This document shows positions 55,810 to 64,000 of a stretch of DNA of 64,000 nucleotides, piece by piece. Source of the stretch: Hyaloraphidium curvatum SAG 235-1 (taxonomy: Eukaryota > Fungi > Monoblepharomycota); assembly GCA_025558095.1 (NCBI GenBank), contig JAIVFI010000044.1:1-64000 (forward strand), in the 5' to 3' direction. Position 1 is the first letter of the stretch. Each line of letters opens with the position of its first letter. The notes beneath the pieces were generated by a model. That model was not told the DNA's origin, searched no databases, and saw only the letters and a program-made list of their open reading frames with translations. Position numbers and translations under genes: made by a program.

Positions 55810-58170
55810 TTACGCCGCTTCGCGAGAGGCTAGCAATACCGCAGTCCGAGGAATCGCGTGTGGCGACTCAACTGGAGGGCGACGGCAAGGGGTTTCGGTC
55901 TCCGCCTGCTGCTGCACCGGCCGCCGGGCGTCGAACTGATTGGCGTCGATCTGGAGCTCTGCGAGGATGAGCCGCAGCCGTTCCCGCACCTGGGCCCTCG
56001 TGGCCTCGTCCAGCCTGGCGACTTTCCGCGCCCAGTAGTCGCGGAGCAGCCTCACCCGTCGCGGCCGGAGCGCGGACTCAAAGTTCGGCGGCGGGTACAC
56101 GTTGCGGCCGGGCGCTCGGTCCTCGCGACACTGGACCACGTGCTGGTGGGCATCCTGCCCGCAATCGGCGTTGTACCAGGTGCAGAAAGCCGCGCCGCAG
56201 TTGGTGCACCCCATGGCGGCACAGCCTTTAGCGAGCTGGTATGCAGCTCGGCACCGCGGGCACTTGAAGGTCAGGATCTCGTCCGCAATGTGCCGGGCGT
56301 GGAAGGAAGCCACATGGGTTCCGCTCTCGGCCATGATCTCCCGGCGCAACCTGTCGAGCGCTTCCTGATGCAGGCGTTCCTGATCCGAGATGACGCGCCC
56401 TTCGACCTTGAGCCTGATGGCTTCGGCGTACCTGTCAAAGCAGTCCTTTGAGACGACGCCGGCCAGGTCCTTCATCGAGAACGGGAGCGCGCCGCACTGC
56501 GGCTCATAGCAGCGCACCCGCCCATCCTCTTGAAGTCGCGCTCTGGCTTCCGCCTCTGCAAGCACGTTGAGCTGCCCTTCGGAGCACTTCCTGCAGGAGA
56601 AGTGGTTCTCGGCGCACCAAAGTCCGTTATCCCGATCCGAAAGCTCGAAGCAGATCCCGCAGCGCTCCACTTCAGCACTGCCAGACGCGAAAATGGGCAA
56701 GCAAAGGCAACCCGCGATCGAGAGGCGTGCCAGGGGATCGTGGATCAGCATGCAGCCGACAAAGTCCGGCTGCTCAAGTCCGCTAAACATTCTCCGGGCC
56801 ACGAGACCGAGCGCGTAGATATCCGTCTCCTTCGAAAAGCGCAAACTCGTCCCGCTGACGAGCTCAGGCGCCCAATAAGCAATGGTACCTCCTATCGTCA
56901 TTGTTGCGTTGACGACGCGCACGCCGTCAAAGTCTCCCAAGACGGCCCTTCCATCGCGGGTCAGGAAGATATTGCTCGGCTTGATGTCTCCATGAACGAG
57001 ATCCTGGTCATGGAAGAACCTGACGCCCAGCAAGACGTCTCCCAGGATCCTGAGCACGTTGTGAAGGCTCCGTGGTCGACCATTGCCAGCAAGCAAGCTT
57101 TCAAGGTCTCCGCCGCGGTAGGAAGGCATCCGCACGTACACGCTCTCCCTGGTCTGGAAAACTCCGGTCACGGTCACCACGTGCATGTGCTTCAGGCGAT
57201 GCAGGAGTGCGATCTGGCCATACAACCTGCGCATATGGTCCTCCCGGCCGACGGCAAACTTCTTGAGCACCACCACGGTTCCGTCAGCATCGACGGCACG
57301 GAGCACCCTACCGTCCCGCGTGAGGTTGTGCATGTCGCGGAAGGTGTCGAGCGAGACGTCATCGAGGAAGATGCCGAGCCGGCGTGCCTCGATCGCCACT
57401 TCTGACTGGCCCAGGCCGACGGCGCGGGCAAACTCAGCTCCCGGCAGCAGCAGCTCCGGATAGAGCTCGTCCGCAACTTGGAACAACCGAGCCCGCTCCA
57501 GTGCGATACGTCTGCCGGGGCCGGCCCTTCGCCGCTCGCCCTCCAGCTCCGCAGGGCCGCGTGTTCCTCCTCCTCTTCCGCGCCCATCGCAGGCTCCTCG
57601 AGATCAACGAGCAGGCGTTTGATCCTCTGGTTGAGCTTTTTGTGCTCGCGCATGAGCTGCTGGAGATGGTCCGCTGAAGGTTTCTCCGATGCGGCCTGCA
57701 TCCGCTGCAGGGCCTTCTCCAGGGAGGCGTTGAGGTCGAACAATTCCCGGTACGACTTGATGCCCTTGCTGACCTTGGCCAGCGACTCCTCAGCCGCCGC
57801 CACAACCCAAGCGACGAGGAGCCGAGGCTTGGGCACGCAGAGGAATTCTTGTTCCGCGGCGCACGCAGCATCAAACTCAGCTGTCAAGAGTGAGTGGTTG
57901 GCAACTGAATCTCACACAGGGTCAACGAACCAGAAGCCAGCGTCAAGTCCGCTTGGAAGCGTTGCTGCTCTTCCGCATCCGACGGGTCGAGGAGCCCGAC
58001 AGAGACGACCATGTCCACGACTTTCCTTGCAGCTCCGTCCGTCTTCCCAAAGGCCCGCTCAAGCCGAACCTCATCCCTCCACGATTCCACCGAGGCAAGG
58101 GCCTCTTCCGCGGTGACCTCGTCGGCGATGTCAAGAAAGAACACCTTGGCCCGGATCTCCTCCACGCAGC
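55810..58170 (-). pseudogene. 5'-truncated, frameshifted coiled-coil / Ser-Thr kinase / RING1-RING2 (RBR-like) fusion gene
   Basis: VVLKK, HGDIKPSNIF, LGDFD, GTIAYWAPE, DIYALG; CGIC..C..NHFSCRKC..C...C; CPRC..GCAAMGCTNCGAAFC. Frame breaks near 57530 and 57890; no start codon. Confidence 0.8.
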
Positions 58171-58559
58171 GCTGCACGGACGTGCACCACGCGGGCCGGG
58201 TCGACCTCTTCCTCACCCTCAAGCTCGTCCTCGATCGGATCGCCGGCTCATCGGGCGGCGGAGCCGCGGGATCCAACGACCTCGCCGCCGTCGTCGAGGC
58301 GGTGCAGGATCCCAAGGGCCAGCTTTCGGGCCGCCGCGCGTTCGTCCTGCTCATGCTGCACCACGGCGCCGGCGGCCCCGGCCACATGCTCCGGAGGACG
58401 CTCGAAGCCGCTGGCGATGGACGGTATCGCGGGCTGATGGACGACGTGCTAGAGGTGGCGAGGTGGAGGCGGTGGATCGGCGGGAGGTTGATCGGCGGGC
58501 TTCCCCCGGAGCTGACGCAGGAGATCATGTTCCGGACGTGGATCGAGATGCTCCGATAG
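58170..58559 (+). pseudogene. 3' fragment of a gene ending in an F-box/SOCS-like motif (GGLPPELTQEIMF)
   Basis: GC3-rich frame that begins abruptly at the palindrome 58166-58175; ankyrin-like LLMLHHGA. Confidence 0.55.
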
Positions 58560-58684
58560 GAACGCAGCTTCCATTTGCGCACCATTGAATGCACGCTGAT
58601 ATGTCCCGATCGTCCGAATAAAGGGTCCCGCCGCGACAGGGACCTCCGCGCTCCGCCCGCTCCCCGCCCCGGGCAACACGCACG

Positions 58685-59650
58685 ATGGCCGCGCTGGAAG
58701 AAAACCGCCGCCTCCTCAACGATCCCGCCGACTCGGCCGCCACTTTCCCCGCCGAAGCCCCGAAACGCCGGCTGGGATGGGGCCTGGACGAACCCGGGCT
58801 CGCCAAGGCGGTGTTGGGCGAGTTCGTCGTCACGCTGCTCTTCCTGTTCGCGGCCATGGCAAACGGCGTCGACGGCGCGCGGTCCGGAGGGAGGGATGCA
58901 CTGTCCGGGGCCGTCGTCGTCGGGTTCATCGCCACGGCGCTCATCTACTCGTTCGCGGACACGTCCGGCGCCCACTTCAATCCCCTGGTGGGAGGCGAAA
59001 AGATTGCATTCGTCGGATATGCAGGCTCACGACCGTGCAGGTCACCACCGCTCTGCTCCTCCGCGGCAAGGTCACCGTCGGCAAAGGTGAGATCGTGTTC
59101 CCCCAATGTCCCCGTCTCCACTCGACCCATCTACCCATCACTCTCCAGCCGCTGCCTACATCGGTGTCCAGCTCATCGCCGCCGTCGTGGCGACCCTCCT
59201 TCTCCTCGTCGTCTTCCCCGCCGCGTCGGAAGGCTTCCCCTCGGCAGCGCAGCTCGCCGTCGTCGCCATTCCCCGCGGATCATCCGTCGGCCGCGCCCTG
59301 CTCATGGAAATTGCCCTCTCCGCCATCCTGGCCCACGTGGTCCTGGCCACGGCCGCGTTCCCGGCCGACAAGGCCAAGGCACCTTTTGCGCCGCTCGCGA
59401 TCGGCCTAACGCTCGGCGCGCTTTCGATGCTCGGGGGGACATCCAGCGGCGGAGCATACAACCCGGCAAGGGTGTTTGGACCGGCGGTGGTCACGGGGAC
59501 GTTCGACGGTCACTGGGGTGGGTGGGCCCGCCTCTGGTGGCGGTAACGTCACGCCTGATTTGCTTCCACTCTAAAGTCTACTGGGTCGGCGATCTGGCCG
59601 GCGCCGCTGCTGGTGCAGGGCTCCAGCTGTTGATCATGTCGCTGGCTTGA
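58685..59650 (+). CDS. Aquaporin (MIP family), copy 2, three introns
   Basis: LGEFVVTLLFLF, SGAHFNPL|VT, LMEIALSAIL, GGAYNPARVFGPA, VYWVGDLAGA. Confidence 0.9.
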   Translation: MAALEENRRLLNDPADSAATFPAEAPKRRLGWGLDEPGLAKAVLGEFVVTLLFLFAAMANGVDGARSGGRDALSGAVVVGFIATALIYSFADTSGAHFNPLVGGEKIAFVGYAGSRPCRSPPLCSSAARSPSAKVRSCSPNVPVSTRPIYPSLSSRCLHRCPAHRRRRGDPPSPRRLPRRVGRLPLGSAARRRRHSPRIIRRPRPAHGNCPLRHPGPRGPGHGRVPGRQGQGTFCAARDRPNARRAFDARGDIQRRSIQPGKGVWTGGGHGDVRRSLGWVGPPLVAVTSRLICFHSKVYWVGDLAGAAAGAGLQLLIMSLA

Positions 59651-59945
59651 TACAAAGGATGATGCTTCATGTTGTGGACACTTGTATGAGAATCGCTGGA
59701 CTTCCCGCGTCGCACATCAGGTCGCACTTTCCAGCATTCCATTCGGAAGCTGTTGCGGGCTATCCACGCCGAAACCGCGTCGGAAAATGGCCGGCCGCGG
59801 GCCCGGACCGGAATGGACCGGCGGAATGCGTGCTCTTGAGCGGAGATCGTCGAACTGCCCGGGCGTGATAGCCAGCTAGCGGTTACACCGTTTCGATCCC
59901 CACAACCGAGGTGCTGCGCCGGCAAACTCCGAAACCTCGTGAATC

Positions 59946-61123
59946 ATGAGCGCTTTGCCGGAAGATCACAGCGACGCGTCTTCTGCCCGCTCGGAAAGGG
60001 ACGGCGGCCCGCCGCGCGACCGCGACTCGGGGGACCTCGCTGCGGGAGAAGCTGGAGCCGAGGCCACTTCCCCTCCGCAGTTCCCTCTTGAAATCATCGT
60101 GCACATCGGAGAGTTCATGGAGCCCGGGACCAAATCTCTTCTGGAGCTGTCGCTCGCGTCGCACGTGGCCTTCGACTTGATGGCGCCGCGGCTCTACCGC
60201 CGCTTTCCCGGAGCAGGCCTCTGCAATGATTTCGAGAGACTGGCCGTTGGGCGCCGCATCCGTCTTTGGGAGAACCGGAACTTGTTCCGTCACGTCCGTC
60301 GGCTCTCTCTGGGAGCCCGTGGGGACGGGGATCTGGAGCCCGCCGGGACGGTGCTTCGCGGGTGCAACGCGGCCGTCCACGCAGACTTCTACTTCGAGTC
60401 ATTCGAATATCTGAGGATGTTTGCCGAGGCCTGCAGATCAACCTCGGGCCCAAAGTCCCTGGACCGCCGGCAGCGTTCAACCTCCCCTTGCTGGTGCACC
60501 TCAAGTACACCGGCGAATGGGGCTCGGAGCTCATGATGGCCTTTGAATCGGGATGCCCTGCCCTTGAGGACGTCGAACTGAACGTGTACAACTTACCGCG
60601 CGATCTGCACTGGCCGGCGAGCTTCCTCCGCAAGATCTCGACGTGGATTGTGGGCTCGTTTCGGGAATTCCTGCAGGTTACCGGCCTCCGTGGCTTTGAT
60701 CCGAAGCGGATAACCGTCGATCCCGAAAGTCTGCAGTCCCAGGCTGACCCAATGACTGTCGTGGCGGCCTGGCATGCCATCGCGAAGCTCAGCGTTGCGG
60801 ACGTCGAGCTTCCGGGCCTTCCTTCCGCCGCTTTTGTGGAAACGATGCCGCCCAAGCTTCGGAAGCTGGCCGTGGAGTGCATCGTTCTTTCTCCCCTCTC
60901 CGCGGACGATCTCGGGCTCGTGAAGGCCAGTTTCGCGGCTTCGCGGCCGGAACTGCGGCTGGACAACATGCTCGTGTTGGACACGACCATGTTTGGCCAC
61001 CCCGGTGCCCAAGACGAAACGGCCCTCCTGCTGGAGCAGGTGGACTTTTGGAAGTCCTTGGGCGCGGAAGAGGGATTTGGAGGCGACAGAATCGCGACGC
61101 TGAGGCAGCTGTGCGGCCGTTGA
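59946..61123 (+). pseudogene. Diverged F-box/LRR-like family copy F, frameshift near 60430
   Basis: PQFPLEIIVHIGEFMEPGTKSLLELSLA, LWENRNLFRHVRRL; continues in another frame as FNLPLL..GCPALE. Confidence 0.75.
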
Positions 61124-62157
61124 GGTCAACCGAGCAAAGCGGAAGGAAAGAAATGCACAAGAGATTCGTTCTCGAGCAACAAGCCTCACTCGGACGCGCG
61201 CTTGGAATCTAGTTGGGCCATCATCGCTGCCGCCGCCTCGCCCTGGCCCGACGGCGCCGCCGAGGAGGTCGCGGGCAGGCTGGCGGCGCGCATGCGGGGG
61301 GTCAAGATCTGGGCAGTGCCCGAGGTGTACGAGCGGGAGCCGGGGTCGCCGATGTCGCCGGATGCAACGGCGGTGGCGCCGTGATTGTTGGCATTGGTAG
61401 CATGTTGAGTCCAGTCTGCGATAATCCCGGCACACATGCCGAACCCGTAGATCGTTAAACGGGATTTTGCTCGAATGAGCATCGTTGGCCCGCCCCAGCA
61501 GTCCGATCGTGTGGGTCGTCGCGGTTGCTCGCGATTGGAGGAGTGGCGTATCAAGTGTGACTGACGGGCTGGTCTTGGAAAACGGCGAGTGGGCCGACCT
61601 TCAAGAGCAGAGGGAGGATGCCAGAGCTGATGCCGTTCCAAGACAGTCAATCGGCTGCCACCTCTGGCACCCTGAGTTGCAGAGTGCGTGGCCGATTCGT
61701 CGTGAGACCAGGGCCGCTCGGGTCGACCGGAGGTGGCGGGTTCCGGCCGCAGTTTGAAATCCGCCGCGGTATCCATTTCGCCGTGTCCCGCAGTGTCTTC
61801 TGTTGCCAGGCGCTGCGGCAGAGAACTTCTTGCGGACGGTGGTCGGTGGTTGGTCTGGACTGCCTGTATGGGCCCTTGGTCGCCGCCGCCGCACTGGTCC
61901 AGAACTCACCTTCGAGGAACCCCGAGGCCTGGACCATCCTTTGCGCCCCGATACCTCCGCTGGCTCCGGCGGCCCGTTGACTGCTCCCGAGTCGCCGCCG
62001 CGCGGGCACCGCGCCCGAGGCCGTCGCACGCGGAGGGCGCCGGCGCCCGCAGCATCCCCTCGGCCCCCCGCGCCCCCGCCCCGCGACCCTCCCGAGAGCG
62101 TCCCACCCGGCTCGCGGTCCTTCGCACCACACCGCCTATCCGCCGCCGAGCGCCGAC

Positions 62158-64000
62158 ATGAGCGCCCAGGCCGGGGACAGCGGCCCGGAGGAGTCGGGCT
62201 CGACCCCCGAGTTCGTCAAAAAGGTGGGGATGCCGCGGACCTCGCCGCCCCGGCTGCTGCTGACTTTCTCACACCCCGCAGCTCTATGCGTGGGTTTCGA
62301 ACGGCGCCCAGGGCCCCGTCGCGCCCCGGCCCGTGCTGATTTTGGTTCCCGCGTGACTCGATCCCGCAGCATGCTTGAGGACAACACCTACGCGCACTGG
62401 GTGTCGTGGGGCATCGACGGCAGCTCCTTCGTGGTCAAGGATCCGACCGAGTTTGCGAGGGTGCGCCGCTCCGCGCGGCGGCGTCGTGCCTCGTGGTCTC
62501 TAAAATCATCCCCTCCCAGACGGTGCTCCCCCGCCACTTCAAGCACAACAACTTTGCCTCGTTCGTGCGCCAGCTCAACAAGTACGACTTCCACAAGGTC
62601 AAGACGACGGATGACCAGCGGGTGTACGGCGACCAGGTCATTTTCGGCGCAGGGTCCGCTCGGCAACACCTCTGACCGGCCTCGTTCCCGTGTTGGCAGG
62701 CCTGGGAGTTCCAGCACCCCAAGTTCCAGTACAACAAGTACCACCAGCTCGAATCCATCCGGCGCAAGACGCCCGCCGCGCGCCTGGTCAAGCCCGGCAC
62801 GGCCGCCGGCTCCCCCGCGCCCAACCGGGTCAAGGAGGAGCCCGGCGCGCAGGCGCCGCCGTCGGGCCTGTCGCCGGAGCAGCAGTACCAGATCGACAAC
62901 GTGGTCAAGGTGCAGGCCGAGATGGCGAGTTACCTCAACGGGATGGCGAAGAACTACCAGATGCTGGTGGAGGAGGTGCTCGAGTTCCGCAAGAGCATGG
63001 TGCAGCAGGACCAGGTCATCAAAAGCCTTATCGACTACGTCGTCAACAATGCCGGTGGGTGTTGCACGCGGTTCGCGGCGGCCGTGCCCGCCCCTCACCC
63101 GCCCCACCTCTTGCAGACAAGCCCGAGGCCCAGTCTACGGCCCGCCAGCTCCTCTCGGCCTACCAGGACATCTCGCAGAAGAACCAGTCCCATGTCGCCA
63201 AGATCGGCGAGCGCATGCACGGCGCCTCGGAGATGATGGGTCCCCCGCCGGTGCCCGCCGCCCCCCCGGGCTACTTTGGCTACGACTACCCCCCCGCCGA
63301 CTTTGGCCAGCCCGGCCCGCCGCTGGGCATGCAGCAGGCGCCGCCGAACGGCGGGAGCAAGCGGCCGCCGGTGTGGATGAGGCCGCCCAAGGTGCTGCTG
63401 GTGGAGGACGACCCGATCTGCAGGAACCTGTCGGCCAAGCTGCTGCAGGTGTTCGGGTGCGTGTACGACGTGGCGAACGACGGGCAGAGGGCAGTGGACC
63501 TGTTCCAGCTCGGGAACAAGTACGACCTCATCCTGGTGGGTGCACGGCTCCTTTTGCCCCCCCACGATTCTCCTGATCCCCGCGATCCTCAGATGGACAT
63601 CGTCATGCCCAACATAGACGGCATCTCCGCCACTTCCCGCATCCGGCAGTTCGACAACAACGTGCCCATCGTCGCCATGACCGGCAACACCTCGCAGACG
63701 GACTGCATGACCTACCTCGCCCACCGGATGAACGACGTGCTCGCCAAACCGTTCGCCAAGGAGGCGCTGCTGCAGATGCTCGAGCGGTGGGCCACATTCT
63801 CCACATCCCCAGCCCGGTCGCTGACGCAACATTGAACCGCAGGTACTGCGACGGCCTCCGGTCCAAGGACCCCTCTGCGCAGCACGAGGAGCCCGCGCCG
63901 CCGCCGACCGGCTCCCCGCGGTACGATTTCCCGTACCCCCCGGCCGGTCCCGACCGGTGGCCCGCGCCGTCGCCGTACGGGAACCAGGGGTACTTCCCCG
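62158..64000 (+). CDS. SKN7: Skn7/Prr1-type HSF DNA-binding plus response-regulator transcription factor (runs off the window)
   Basis: FVKK|LYA|[39 protein letters not shown]; coiled coil; receiver [12 protein letters not shown]|MDIVMP..AKPF. Confidence 0.92.

Noticed and set aside
20566-56140. RIP-like C-to-T mutation as the cause of pseudogenes
   Set aside because: Only two or three suggestive changes; the duplicates remain GC-rich and decay mainly by deletion.
1-64000. Prokaryotic or contaminant origin of the contig; rRNA and tRNA genes
   Set aside because: Spliceosomal introns and eukaryote-specific genes occur throughout; no structured RNA gene was recognised by eye (a covariance-model scan would be needed to exclude small ones).

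Overview
This is eukaryotic, GC-rich, gene-dense genomic DNA with many short (about 50-80 nt) GT-AG introns. The gene set (Skn7/Prr1 HSF-receiver, Crh-like GH16s, fungal vWA proteins, UBE2Z) points to a fungus, probably an early-diverging (zoosporic/monoblepharid-like) lineage; that placement is inference. About 35 genes and pseudogenes can be supported. Main results: (1) a 5'-truncated restriction-like-endonuclease (CRE-type) non-LTR retrotransposon with a perfect 13-bp target-site duplication and no poly(A) tail, inserted in the short divergent promoter between UBE2Z and an F-box gene; (2) an intronless, lineage-expanded F-box/LRR-like family (8 copies, at least 6 disabled), five of which carry an N-terminal PCNA-interacting (PIP)-box-like motif; (3) a decayed coiled-coil/kinase/RING-RING (RBR-like) fusion gene joined at a palindrome to another beheaded gene; (4) many bacterial-type genes that are candidates for horizontal transfer (Add, beta-CA, GH110-like beta-helix, CAP domain, alpha/beta hydrolase, ConA-like surface domains), some now carrying introns; (5) an unusual dominant 5' splice site, GTGGG. 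No rRNA, tRNA or CRISPR array was recognised. All family assignments come from motif recognition by eye, not from database searches.
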